A stretch of 64,000 nt of DNA from Candidatus Dormiibacterota bacterium (lineage in GTDB: Bacteria > Vulcanimicrobiota > Vulcanimicrobiia > Vulcanimicrobiales > Vulcanimicrobiaceae). The notes under the pieces are model-generated. The model was not told the DNA's origin and made no database searches. It saw nothing but the letters and a program-made list of their open reading frames with translations. Shown here piece after piece: positions 28,964 through 40,696 of the stretch. Position numbers and translations under genes: made by a program. The stretch covers positions 6,581-70,580 of the forward strand of contig DATKQG010000059.1 in NCBI GenBank assembly GCA_035532835.1. The letters are read 5' to 3'. Within the stretch, counting starts at the first letter, position 1. Each line of letters starts with the position of its first letter.

Positions 28964-29752
28964 ATGCAGACAGCGCTATCCACACACGTGATCGTCGAAC
29001 ACCGCGACGGCACCGCGATCGTCACGATGAACCGGGCCGAGAAACGCAATGCGCTCTCGCTCGAACTGATGCGCGAGCTCACGGCGGCGTTCCGTGCCAT
29101 CGCCGGGGATCGTTCCGTCCACGCGGTCATCTTGCGGGGTGAAGGCCCGGCGTTTTCGTCCGGCCACGATCTGCGCGAGTTGCTCGGTCGCGAGCCCAAC
29201 GAGTACCGCGAGATTTTTGATACCTGCGTCATCTTGATGGAGACGATTATCGCGATGCCGCAGCCGGTCATTGCGGAGGTGGCGAAAATCGCGACGGCGG
29301 CCGGCTGCCAACTGGTCGCAACGTGCGATCTAGCCGTCGCCTCAACCGAGGCGACCTTCGCCACGCCGGGGGTGCGCATCGGGCTGTTCTGCAGCACCCC
29401 GATGGTGCCGCTCTCCCGCGCGATCGGGCGCCGGCGGGCGATGGAGATGCTGCTGACCGGCGAGCCGATCACCGCGCGCACGGCGGCCGACTGGGGGCTC
29501 GTCAACGCGGTCGTGCCCCCGGAGTCGCTCCATGACGCGGCGCTGGATTTAGCCCGCCGGATCGGCTCCGCGAGCCGCACGGTCGTCGGTATCGGCAAGG
29601 CGGCTTTTTACGCCCAAATCGATCTGCCCCAGCCGGCCGCGTATGCCTATACGAAGGAGACGATGGCCCGAAATGCCCTGGAGGAGGATGCCCAAGAAGG
29701 CATCGAGGCATTCTTAAGCAAGCGTACGCCCGCGTGGAAGAGAGATTCGTAA
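28964..29752 (+). CDS. Enoyl-CoA hydratase/isomerase (crotonase) family protein
   Basis: Start trimmed to ATG 28964 (GGAGG 7 nt upstream). IVTMNRAEKRNALS...GEGPAFSSGHDL...crotonase fold signature. Confidence 0.85.
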   Translation: MQTALSTHVIVEHRDGTAIVTMNRAEKRNALSLELMRELTAAFRAIAGDRSVHAVILRGEGPAFSSGHDLRELLGREPNEYREIFDTCVILMETIIAMPQPVIAEVAKIATAAGCQLVATCDLAVASTEATFATPGVRIGLFCSTPMVPLSRAIGRRRAMEMLLTGEPITARTAADWGLVNAVVPPESLHDAALDLARRIGSASRTVVGIGKAAFYAQIDLPQPAAYAYTKETMARNALEEDAQEGIEAFLSKRTPAWKRDS

Positions 29753-29903
29753 AAAATCCGTTCGGACGCTTCCCGGAAACCGGAATCTCTGCTAATATCC
29801 GTTGTTGTGGGCAGGCGATGCCGCATGGACGTGACCGTTCGAGCATCCCGATTATATAGACGTCGCCCACACCCGGTATGCGGGCAACCGCATACGCGAC
29901 GGC

Positions 29904-29938
29904 AAACGGACTCGCCTCTGGCGGGTCCGTTTGTTTTT
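29904..29938 (+). terminator. Strong intrinsic terminator inside the 240-nt gap upstream of the DUF5693-like/csaB/ileS operon
   Basis: AAACGGAC-T-CGCC-TCT-GGCG-G-GTCCGTTT followed by GTTTTT. About 12-13 bp stem. Confidence 0.7.
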
Positions 29939-29992
29939 CCCAGCTAAGGCGTTGCGGGTGCACCGTCGCGGGCGCTCGAAACTGCCTCCCCC

Positions 29993-32011
29993 GTGATCGA
30001 TTCATCCATTCGGACGCGTATCGTCGCGTCGATCTTGGCGCTTGCCCTACTCGCCTCGGCTCTGGTCGCGGTCTTTCGCATCCGTGAGGAAGCGAACGCG
30101 CACCGGGTCGAGCTGGCGATGGACTACAACGATTTCATCGATTTGGCGCGATCGTACAATTACAATCCCTCGGCGTTTTTGATCGCGCTCCGGCGGGCCG
30201 GGCTCACGTCGCTCGCTCTCACCGAGGAGCTGGGCGGAAACGTCGGCCAGCAAGGGCACGCCTACGCGACCACCGGTGCGGCGCTGCAAAACCAAGCGCG
30301 GCTCTCGGCGCTGAGCGACCCGACGCTCGCCGCCCTCGCGAAGGCGGGCAAGATCGTACCGGATGCGATCTATCTGGCGATCTACGACCGCTCCACGTAC
30401 GAGCGCTATCGCCAGCAGCTGGCGCTGCACTTCGAGCCGAAAACCGTGCGCGTGCTGCACGCGGCCAAGCCGTGGATTATCGAAGTCCGCACGCAAGTCG
30501 ACTACTTCAATAACACGGCGCTCGGTATCCCGACCGACGAAATCGCGCTTGCTAAAAAGTTACACTTGCTGGTGATTCCGCGCCTGCAGAACGACGAGCG
30601 ATTCGACCAGCCGCAGATGGAACGCGCGCTCGGCGACGTTTTGAAACAGGACCGCCTCGTATCGACCGTCATTTTCTTCGGGTTGCGCAATCAGGTCTTC
30701 GGTTACCCCGACCACTTGCCGCAGGCCGCCGCGCTGTTCAAAGAGCACGGGCCGACATCGTCGCAGCCGTTCAATTTCGGCATGATCGAGACGTACGATC
30801 CGGGCCAGGTGCAAAAGGGCAACACGACGCTGGCACGACTGATTCCCGGACAGACGGTGCGCGTGCAAGCGATCGCCAAAGCCGAGCTCGACAAAATTCG
30901 GCTCGACGAAGTGGTGGCGCGGTTCGTGCTGGGAGTACGAGAACGGAACGTGCGCGTCGTATATCTACGGCCGTGGGCGCACCAAGACGGAACGCTCTCG
31001 ATCGAAGCGACCAACATCGAAATGGTCAAAGATCTTGCGACCGAGCTTAAACGCGACGGATTCACGTTCGGACGAGCCACGCCCATCACCGAGTACCGCG
31101 GCGATAATCGCTTTTTGGTTGGGATCGCCGCGCTCGCGGTGCCGTCGATCTTCGTCCTGCTGCTCGGCGTCTTCGGCTGGTATCGGCGTTGGCTGGCGAT
31201 CGCCGCATACGCTGCGACGGTGGGGATTTATGCGGCGGGCGTCGTGTCGCACCACGATCTCTTCGTGCGCTCTGCGATCGCGCTGTGCGGCGCGTTATTC
31301 TTCGAGACGGCAGCGTTCTACGTTCTAGCTCCGGCGTTCTCGGAGCAGCCGGCGCCGCGGTTCGGGGCGCAGTTCTTACGCAGCCTGGGCTGGACGCTGG
31401 CCGCAACCGGCGTCGCCTTGCTCGGCGCGCTGGTCGTCGTGGGCGTGATGAGTTCGCCGCTGACCATGGAAGAGATCGAACCGTTCCGCGGTATCAAATT
31501 GGTGCTCGATCTGCCGCCGCTCATCGCGCTGGCCATCTACCTGTTCAAACCGGCATTCAACGCCGGGATCGAGCGCCCGCGCGACGTCTTTCTGGCGCCG
31601 GTGCGCGCCTATCAGTTGGCCTTGGGCATCGCGATCGTCGCGGCCGGCGCGCTGCTCGTCATGCGCAGCGGAAACCAGAGCGATATCGCTCCTTCGCATT
31701 TGGAACTCTGGTTGCGCAGCACGCTGACCACGGTGTTGAGCGTCCGCCCGCGCTTCAAAGAGTTTCTCCTCGGCTATCCGTTCATGATGCTGTTGCCGGC
31801 GCTGACCGTTGCGCATCGCCGCGTCGTCGGCTGGCTCCTGGTGCTGGGCATCGGCGTGGGGATCGGCGACATCGTCGATACGTTCTCGCACTTGCATACG
31901 CCGATCGCCATCTCGCTCTTTCGCATCTTCAACGGTTTGGCGATCGGCGTGGCCATCGGTGCGGTGGCGATCGCTATCTATCGCCGCATCTTCGTGCGTT
32001 CCGCGGCGTAG
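29993..32011 (+). CDS. Large polytopic membrane protein with N-terminal extracytoplasmic domain (resembles the DUF5693 proteins found next to csaB)
   Basis: 672 aa. One N-terminal TM, a soluble domain of about 370 aa, then 8 or more C-terminal TM segments. Sits immediately upstream of csaB. The family assignment is from memory of this neighbourhood and was not searched. Confidence 0.7.
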   Translation: MIDSSIRTRIVASILALALLASALVAVFRIREEANAHRVELAMDYNDFIDLARSYNYNPSAFLIALRRAGLTSLALTEELGGNVGQQGHAYATTGAALQNQARLSALSDPTLAALAKAGKIVPDAIYLAIYDRSTYERYRQQLALHFEPKTVRVLHAAKPWIIEVRTQVDYFNNTALGIPTDEIALAKKLHLLVIPRLQNDERFDQPQMERALGDVLKQDRLVSTVIFFGLRNQVFGYPDHLPQAAALFKEHGPTSSQPFNFGMIETYDPGQVQKGNTTLARLIPGQTVRVQAIAKAELDKIRLDEVVARFVLGVRERNVRVVYLRPWAHQDGTLSIEATNIEMVKDLATELKRDGFTFGRATPITEYRGDNRFLVGIAALAVPSIFVLLLGVFGWYRRWLAIAAYAATVGIYAAGVVSHHDLFVRSAIALCGALFFETAAFYVLAPAFSEQPAPRFGAQFLRSLGWTLAATGVALLGALVVVGVMSSPLTMEEIEPFRGIKLVLDLPPLIALAIYLFKPAFNAGIERPRDVFLAPVRAYQLALGIAIVAAGALLVMRSGNQSDIAPSHLELWLRSTLTTVLSVRPRFKEFLLGYPFMMLLPALTVAHRRVVGWLLVLGIGVGIGDIVDTFSHLHTPIAISLFRIFNGLAIGVAIGAVAIAIYRRIFVRSAA

Positions 32012-32017
32012 GCGTTC

Positions 32018-33106
32018 GTGCGCGCCTTGATCTCCGGGTATTACGGCTTCGGCAATTTGGGTGACGAGGCGTTGCTCGAAGTCATCGTCGGCCGGTTGCG
32101 CGCGAGCTTCCCTGCGCTCGAACTCGAAGTGCTATCCGCGACGCCCGAAGCGACGACGGCGCGGTTGGGCATCGCGGCGACGCCTCGCTGGAACTTTCGG
32201 CTCGTACGCGAGGCGATCGCCCGCGCGGACGTCGTGCTTTCGGGCGGCGGCGGCTTATTGCAGAATGCGACCAGCGTCCGCAGCATCGTGTACTACGCCG
32301 GCATCCTGCGCGAAGCGGTCAAGCAGCGGCGCAAAACGATGATTTTCGCGCAGTCGATCGGCCCGCTCGATATGGTCGGGCGTATCTTGGTGCGCCACTT
32401 TTGCCGCGGCGTCGATCGCGCCACGGTGCGCGACGCGCGCTCGCTGCATTTGCTACACTCGCTTCTACCAGGTACGACCGTGGAACAGACTGCCGACCCA
32501 GTGTTTCTGTACGACCTACCGGCCCAGGAGGCCGATCTCTCGGACGAGGGCCTGGACCCTTCGCAGGGCCGATACGCAATCGTCAGCGTCCGCAAGATCG
32601 CCGCTCTCAAAGAGGGGACGAAGGCGATCGCGCGGGCGGTCGATCGCTTGAGCTCCGAGCATGGGCTGCGGGTGGGATTTCTGCCGCTGGGCGGGGCTCC
32701 GGATGCCGAGGTTGCGACCACCATCATCCGCGCGTGCGCCACGGCGCCGATGCTGTTGCCCGAGTGCGATCTCGCCAAAGCGGCGGCCATCTTGCGAGGC
32801 GCGCACGCGGTTATCGGGATGCGCCTGCACGCGTTGATTCTCGCGGCGCGCTTTAACGTGCCGTTCTTGGCGATTCCCTACGATCCCAAGGTGGCGGCGC
32901 TCTGCGAGGATCTGGCCTATCCGCTCGGCCCGCTCTGGGTACCCGGGCAATCCGCGCCGAGCGATGCGAGCGTGGATGCCGCGGTCGATCGACTGATGTC
33001 GGAGCACGACCCGCTCGCGGAGCATCTGCGCGAGCGAATCGCGATCGTTCGAGCGTCGGCGGAACGAAATTTCGAGGTGCTTGGCGAACTCCTCCGCGAG
33101 CCATGA
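32018..33106 (+). CDS. csaB: Polysaccharide pyruvyl transferase CsaB
   Basis: MRALISGYYGFGNLGDEALL...VVLSGGGGLLQNATS...IFAQSIGPL is the typical CsaB pattern. Confidence 0.85.
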   Translation: MRALISGYYGFGNLGDEALLEVIVGRLRASFPALELEVLSATPEATTARLGIAATPRWNFRLVREAIARADVVLSGGGGLLQNATSVRSIVYYAGILREAVKQRRKTMIFAQSIGPLDMVGRILVRHFCRGVDRATVRDARSLHLLHSLLPGTTVEQTADPVFLYDLPAQEADLSDEGLDPSQGRYAIVSVRKIAALKEGTKAIARAVDRLSSEHGLRVGFLPLGGAPDAEVATTIIRACATAPMLLPECDLAKAAAILRGAHAVIGMRLHALILAARFNVPFLAIPYDPKVAALCEDLAYPLGPLWVPGQSAPSDASVDAAVDRLMSEHDPLAEHLRERIAIVRASAERNFEVLGELLREP

Positions 33107-35928
33107 GTACTTCAGCACAGCGCGACTATCGCGATACCCTCCGTTTGCCTAAGACCGACTTTCCGATGAAGGCCGAGTTGCCCAAACGCGAGCCGGAGCG
33201 CGTGGCGTGGTGGGCGGCGCAGCGCACCTACGAGCGGCGGCTCGAACGGAACAAGGCGAACGGCGCGTGGATCCTGCACGACGGCCCGCCGTATGCGAAC
33301 GGCGAATTGCACATGGGCCACTTTTTGAACATGGTCCTCAAGGACATGTTCGTGAAGATCGCGCTGCTGGATGGAAAGTGGTCGCCGTTTATTCCCGGCT
33401 GGGACATGCACGGCTTGCCGATCGAACTCGAAACGCTCAAGCATTTGGGCATCAAGGACTTCCATGCGATCGACCCGCTCGAACTGCGCGCTAACTGCCG
33501 CGAACGAGCGCTCTATTGGCTCGACCGCCAGCGCGACGTGCGTACGCGGATGGGCAATTTCGGCGATTGGGAGCATCCGTACCGCACGATCGATCCCTCG
33601 TTCGAAGCGACGATCGTCAACGCGCTCGCGGATTTAGCCGAGAAGCAACAACTCTATAAGGGGCTGCGCTCGACGCTGTGGTGCGTGCACGATGAAACCG
33701 CGTTAGCCGAAGCCGAAATCGAATACGAACCCAGGGTTTCGCCTTCGGTCTACGTCCGCTTTGCGGCCGATGCCGGGCAACGCGCGGCGCTCCTTGCCGC
33801 GTTCGGGCCCGCGGCCGCGGCTTTACCGAGCGATGCGCCGGTAGCCGTGCTGATCTGGACGACGACGCCGTGGACGCTGCCCGCCAACGTCGCGATTGCG
33901 CTGCGTGAGGAAGCCTCGTACGGACTCTACCGGATCGATAATGAAGCGTTGATTCTCGCCGAAGCCCTAGCGCCGCAGGCGCTCGGAGAGCGGTTTGCGG
34001 ATGCCGTGCTGCTGGCGCGCGCGACCGGCGCCGCGCTCGACGGCCTTGCCGTGCGCCATCCGTTTTTCGCTCGGGATTCGGCCCTGGTTCTCGCCGACTA
34101 CGTCGATCTCGAGACCGGCACCGGCGCGGTGCACACGGCCCCCGGCCATGGCGCCGACGATTTCGATACCGGCGTAAAGTATGGATTGCCGGTGCTCAAC
34201 CCCGTCGACGCGTCCGGAGTCTTCACGGCCGAAGCGGGCCCCTACGCCGGGCAATTCATCTTCAAAGCCAACAAGCAGATCGTCGAAGATTTACGCGCGA
34301 GCGGAGCGTTGTGGCGTGCATTCGACTACGAACACTCGTATCCGCACTGCTGGCGTTGCCACAATCCGGTGATCTTCCGGGCGACCGCGCAGTGGTTTAT
34401 CGCGATGGATCAAAATCGTTTGCGAGCCCGAGCCGTCGAGGCTGTCGATACGGTGGAATTCACGCCGGAGTGGGGCCGCAATCGCATCCGGCAAATGCTG
34501 GAAAACCACCCCGAGTGGTGCATCTCGCGACAGCGTACGTGGGGCACGCCGATCCCCGCGGTGCTCTGCACCTCATGCAACGAATCGATTCTCGATCCGC
34601 GCGTTGCGCGCGCGGCCGCAAAGCGTTTTGCCGACGTGGGCGCCGGCGCATGGTGGAGCGACCCGGTGGAAACGTATCTGCCGGACGGCTTCGCTTGCCC
34701 GGCTTGCGGAAAGACCGCGTTTGAAAAAGAAAAGAACATCGTCGATATCTGGTTCGAATCCGGCGTGACGCACTTTGCCGTGCTCGGACGCGACGGGATT
34801 CCGTGGCCGAGCGACGTCGTGCTCGAAGGTGGCGATCAGTATCGCGGCTGGTTCCGCAGTTCGCTCGTGACGGCGGTGGCGATCGAGGGCCGCGCGCCCT
34901 ACAAACGCGTGGTGAAGAACGGCTGGGTGAACGACGAACAAGGCCGCCCGATGTCGAAATCGCGCGGCACCGGCATCGACGCGCGCGACGCCATGGGAAA
35001 GTGGGGCGCCGACGTGCTGCGTTTGTGGGCGACGTCGGTCGAGTTCGTCGACGACGTGCGTTTCGGCCCGAACGTGGTGGAGCAAGTCTCGCGCGTCTAT
35101 CGCAACATCCGCAATCGCGTGCGTTTCATGCTCTCGAACCTCGCCGATCTGCCGAGCGACCGGATCGTTACACCCGACCGCATGGCCCCGCTCGATCGGC
35201 TGGCGTGCGGCGTCACCGACGCGTTTGCCGGCGACGTGAAGCGCCTTTACGACGGCTTCGAGATTCACGATGCGTACTTGCGCATCATTGCGTTCGAAAG
35301 CTCGATGTCGAGCCTCTATTTCGATGCGCTCAAGGACCCGCTCTATTCGCTCGCGGAGGACGACGCGCGCCGCCGGAGCGCGCAATCGGCGCTCCTATAC
35401 ATCGTACGTCGCTTTCTCACCGCGCTCGCTCCGGTGCTCTCGTTCACGGCGGAAGAAGCATGGCAGGCGATCCCCGCACATTTGCGCGGCGGCGCCGATT
35501 CGGTCTTCGATACGTCATTTGGGTCGCACGACGCGCGGCCCGCGCCGGCCGACGATCGCGCGCTGTGGGGCGTGCTTCTAGAGCTACGCGGCCAGATCGC
35601 TGCTAACGTGGTCGCGCGCGATTTCGAGGCCAAGGCCACACTCGTCGCTACGCCGCGTCTCTACGCGTCGTTACTCGAGCTTGGCGACACACTGCGTGAG
35701 GCGATGATTCTCTCCGAACTCCATTTGCGGGAAGCCGCTCCGGGTGAATTGCCGCAGAATGCGGATCCCGAGGCACCATCATGGGGTTGGACCATCGAAC
35801 CGGCGGACGGCGCGAAATGTCAGCGTTGTTGGAAGTTCCGCGAACTCGGCACCGACCCGGCGCACCCGTCGATTTGCTCGGCGTGCGCGCAGGTGGTGCA
35901 GCAGCTCGACGAGGTTGCGGCCTCCTAG
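33103..35928 (+). CDS. ileS: Isoleucine--tRNA ligase (type 1)
   Basis: 941 aa. HIGH-type motif (NGELHMGH), KMSKS-type motif (RPMSKSRG), CP1 editing domain, C-terminal Zn finger (CQRCWKF...CSAC). ATG overlaps the csaB stop by 4 nt. Confidence 0.95.
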   Translation: MSTSAQRDYRDTLRLPKTDFPMKAELPKREPERVAWWAAQRTYERRLERNKANGAWILHDGPPYANGELHMGHFLNMVLKDMFVKIALLDGKWSPFIPGWDMHGLPIELETLKHLGIKDFHAIDPLELRANCRERALYWLDRQRDVRTRMGNFGDWEHPYRTIDPSFEATIVNALADLAEKQQLYKGLRSTLWCVHDETALAEAEIEYEPRVSPSVYVRFAADAGQRAALLAAFGPAAAALPSDAPVAVLIWTTTPWTLPANVAIALREEASYGLYRIDNEALILAEALAPQALGERFADAVLLARATGAALDGLAVRHPFFARDSALVLADYVDLETGTGAVHTAPGHGADDFDTGVKYGLPVLNPVDASGVFTAEAGPYAGQFIFKANKQIVEDLRASGALWRAFDYEHSYPHCWRCHNPVIFRATAQWFIAMDQNRLRARAVEAVDTVEFTPEWGRNRIRQMLENHPEWCISRQRTWGTPIPAVLCTSCNESILDPRVARAAAKRFADVGAGAWWSDPVETYLPDGFACPACGKTAFEKEKNIVDIWFESGVTHFAVLGRDGIPWPSDVVLEGGDQYRGWFRSSLVTAVAIEGRAPYKRVVKNGWVNDEQGRPMSKSRGTGIDARDAMGKWGADVLRLWATSVEFVDDVRFGPNVVEQVSRVYRNIRNRVRFMLSNLADLPSDRIVTPDRMAPLDRLACGVTDAFAGDVKRLYDGFEIHDAYLRIIAFESSMSSLYFDALKDPLYSLAEDDARRRSAQSALLYIVRRFLTALAPVLSFTAEEAWQAIPAHLRGGADSVFDTSFGSHDARPAPADDRALWGVLLELRGQIAANVVARDFEAKATLVATPRLYASLLELGDTLREAMILSELHLREAAPGELPQNADPEAPSWGWTIEPADGAKCQRCWKFRELGTDPAHPSICSACAQVVQQLDEVAAS

Positions 35929-36590
35929 ACGCGCGCTTGCAGCGCGTTGATCACCGCTTTCGCGGTACTGCCGCTCGATTGCGGGTTCTGCCCGGTGATC
36001 CAGTTGCCGTCGACTTCGACGTGATCGGCCCAGTCGGCAGCCGTAACCACGTTCGCGCCCTGTTCGCGCAGTTTGCTTTCCAGTAGAAACGGCATCAAGG
36101 CGTCGAGTTTGACGGCGCGTTCTTCGGCATCGGTAAAACAGGTGATGCGCCGGCCGTGCACCAGGGTATGCGGCTCGGCGGCCTTGATGGCATCCACGAA
36201 CGCGGCCGGTCCATGGCAGACGGCGGCGACGATTTTTCCTTGCGCGTCGAATTCGCTCAGCAGCGTCTTGATCGGTTGATTGCCGGCCAGATCGAACATC
36301 GTGCCGTGCCCGCCGGGCAGAAAGATGGCGTCGTACTGCGAAGCATCGCCGGTCTCTTGCAGCGTCAGCGTCCGGGCGAGATCCGCCACGGCTTCGGGAT
36401 CGGGCTGCACGCCTTCGAGGCTGCGCGGATCGAGCGGCGCTTGCCCGCCGATCGGGCTAGCGGTAACCACGTCAAAGCCCGCATTGTGAAAGGCTTTACG
36501 CGGAATCGAATATTCCTCGAGCCAGAGCCCGGTCTTATGCTCCGGATCGATCTCGGAATGGCTGGTAACGATAATAAGAACTTTTGGCAT
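35925..36590 (-). CDS. DJ-1/PfpI (type 1 glutamine amidotransferase-like) family protein
   Basis: Start trimmed to ATG 36590 (GGAGG upstream). MPKVLIIVTSH...AVCHGPAAF nucleophile-elbow Cys. Confidence 0.85.
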   Translation of the reverse strand: MPKVLIIVTSHSEIDPEHKTGLWLEEYSIPRKAFHNAGFDVVTASPIGGQAPLDPRSLEGVQPDPEAVADLARTLTLQETGDASQYDAIFLPGGHGTMFDLAGNQPIKTLLSEFDAQGKIVAAVCHGPAAFVDAIKAAEPHTLVHGRRITCFTDAEERAVKLDALMPFLLESKLREQGANVVTAADWADHVEVDGNWITGQNPQSSGSTAKAVINALQARV

Positions 36591-36637
36591 ACAACGCCTC
36601 CTGAACGTACCGCAATTCTTCCCGGTTCGGGTGCAAG

Positions 36638-38626
<1,989 letters not shown>

Positions 38627-38649
<23 letters not shown>

Positions 38650-39145
38650 GGCTCTTCAACAATAGCAAGATGACGCCGGCCGTGATGCACGAGTCGGCGA
38701 AGTTAAAAATGTTCGGCCAAATGCGGTAGAAATCGACGAAATCGACCACGAAGCCGTGATGGATGCGGTCGGCGATATTGCCGACCGCGCCCCCGACGAT
38801 CAGTCCGAATGCGACGCACACCAGGTACGATTGCTGCGCGGCGTCTTTGAAGCTCAGATAGAACACCACCAGTACCACCAGCGCCATCAGGATCAGCAAG
38901 ATCGAGTTGCTGCCGAAGAAGCCGAAAGCACCGTGGTAATTGCGCTCGTACGTCCAGTTGAGCAGGCGCGGCACCACGATCCGGCTTTCGCCGGGTAGGA
39001 ACGAACGCATCACCCATGCTTTGGTGAGTTGGTCGAGCCAGAACACGACCGCGGCAACGGCAGCGATCGCGAGTGTGCGGAGCAGATTAGAGTTGCGGTT
39101 GCGGGACAAACTGATAGAACCATCCTGCGACGGTGAGGAATGCAT
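38627..39145 (-). CDS. lspA: Lipoprotein signal peptidase II
   Basis: GGAVGNIADRIHHGFVVDFVDF and NFADS motifs. The start is uncertain because the ORF overlaps the ccdA 3' end by 59 nt; an internal TTG or CTG start is possible. Confidence 0.88.
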
Positions 39146-39818
39146 TGTTGACCAAGACCAAGCCTACGATCACCAAGAAAAGCCCGGCTGTAAACTCTAT
39201 GGCCGGCAAGAATCGCTTGACGCGATTGAGCGCCGGGAGCACCGCCCCGATGGCCAATGCCGTCAGGAAGAACGGTACGGCCAGGCCCAGCGAGTAGCTC
39301 AAGAGCAGGACTACTGCCTGTGCGCTCTGCTCCTGCGACGCAATCGCGAGGATTCCCCCTAAAATGGGGCCGATGCAGGGCGACCACCCGGCGGCAAAGG
39401 CTATCCCGACCAAGCCGGATGTCCAATACGTGCGGCGCTCGTGCGCCACGTGGACGCGTTTGTCCATCATCAAGAACGGGATCCGTATCATCCCCATCAT
39501 CTGCAGGCCGAGCACGATGACCACGACCCCGCCGATCTGGGCGATGAGCACCCGATGCGCGTTGAGAAGGCCGCCGATCTCGCTTGCCGTAAGGCCGAGA
39601 GCGACGAAGACGATGGTAAAGCCGGCGATGAACGCCAGGGAGTGGCCGATCGCCCGGGTGCGCAGCGACGCATTCGCATTTTCTCGCAAATCCTCGAGGC
39701 TCTCGCCCGTCAGTAACGACAGGTAGGCCGGAACGAGCGGGAGGACGCATGGAGAGACGAAGGAAACGAGCCCGGCGAGGAACGCAATCCCGACGCTGAT
39801 ATGTGAACTAGAAGACAC
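39087..39818 (-). CDS. ccdA: Cytochrome c biogenesis / thiol-disulfide transfer membrane protein CcdA (DsbD-core family)
   Basis: FVSPCVLPLVPAYLSLL and the second conserved Cys (GWSPCIGPILG). Six TM segments. Confidence 0.88.
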   Translation of the reverse strand: MSSSSHISVGIAFLAGLVSFVSPCVLPLVPAYLSLLTGESLEDLRENANASLRTRAIGHSLAFIAGFTIVFVALGLTASEIGGLLNAHRVLIAQIGGVVVIVLGLQMMGMIRIPFLMMDKRVHVAHERRTYWTSGLVGIAFAAGWSPCIGPILGGILAIASQEQSAQAVVLLLSYSLGLAVPFFLTALAIGAVLPALNRVKRFLPAIEFTAGLFLVIVGLVLVNNAFLTVAGWFYQFVPQPQL

Positions 39819-39859
39819 GATTATCTCACGTTACCCCTGAAGAGATTGGACGCCTGTAC

Positions 39860-40696
39860 ATGTCCCATTGGTTTACCTATCCGACAAATATCGATCCTAT
39901 AGCGCTGCACCTCGGCCCCATCAATATCCATTGGTACGGTATCGCGTATTTGGCGGGCTTCGTCTGCGTCTACCTCTGGATGAACCGGCCTGCCGGCCGC
40001 AAGCGTCTGGGGCTGACCTCGGAGCAGATCCAAGACTTTCTCTTTTACGCCCTGATCGGCGTGCTGGTGGGCGGCCGGACGTTCTTCGTCTTCAACGACA
40101 TCATCAGCAAACACGATCTCTCCCTCTACGTCAGTAACCCCATCAACATCATCGCGGTGTGGAATGGCGGTATGGCCTTCCACGGCGGCATGGTAGGTGT
40201 GATCGTGGGCATCTTGCTGTTCATCCGCAAGCATCCGGGGCTGACCTATACGATCCTGGGCGATGAGGTGGTGATGCTGCTGCCGATTGGGATCTTTCTC
40301 ACCCGCATCGTCAACTTCATCAACGACGAACTCTGGGGCGACATCTGCCGCCCCGACCGGCCCTGGTGCCTGCAGTTCCCGACGGCCCCGGACCCGCTGG
40401 CCTACCGGCATCCCGCGCAGATTTACGAAGCGATCCTCGATATCCTGACGCTGCCGATTCTGCTGTACCTCTACAAGCGCAAGCCGAACGACGGTGTGGT
40501 CGCATGGTCGTGGTTTACGATTTACGGCGTTACGCGCAGCGTCGCCGAATTGTGGCGGCACGCGGACTTTCGCTGGATGGGCATCACCGGCGGACAACTC
40601 TATGCCTTGCCGATGATCGTGATCGGGCTGATCATGGTGTTCTACTATTCGCGCCACGGGCAGCATACCGACGAACGGCCGGTCGTCACCAAGTGA
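39860..40696 (+). CDS. lgt: Prolipoprotein diacylglyceryl transferase
   Basis: IHWYGIAYLAGF..., GGRTFFV, GGMAFHGG, RIVNFINDELWG motifs. Confidence 0.92.
   Translation: MSHWFTYPTNIDPIALHLGPINIHWYGIAYLAGFVCVYLWMNRPAGRKRLGLTSEQIQDFLFYALIGVLVGGRTFFVFNDIISKHDLSLYVSNPINIIAVWNGGMAFHGGMVGVIVGILLFIRKHPGLTYTILGDEVVMLLPIGIFLTRIVNFINDELWGDICRPDRPWCLQFPTAPDPLAYRHPAQIYEAILDILTLPILLYLYKRKPNDGVVAWSWFTIYGVTRSVAELWRHADFRWMGITGGQLYALPMIVIGLIMVFYYSRHGQHTDERPVVTK

Noticed and set aside
29807-29900. Partial resemblance of the leader to ZTP (GGnCGTGAC) or fluoride (GGCGATG) riboswitch cores.
   Set aside because: Only short fragments match. The second conserved halves (CCGCCTGGGC for ZTP, CTGATG..CCTAC for fluoride) are absent, and the gene context does not fit.
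29956-29972. T-box-like sequence GGGTGCACCGTCGCGGG upstream of the operon containing ileS.
   Set aside because: It lacks the UGGN that pairs with the tRNA NCCA end (it has UGCA). It lies downstream of the terminator rather than forming the antiterminator. No Stem I or specifier loop was found.
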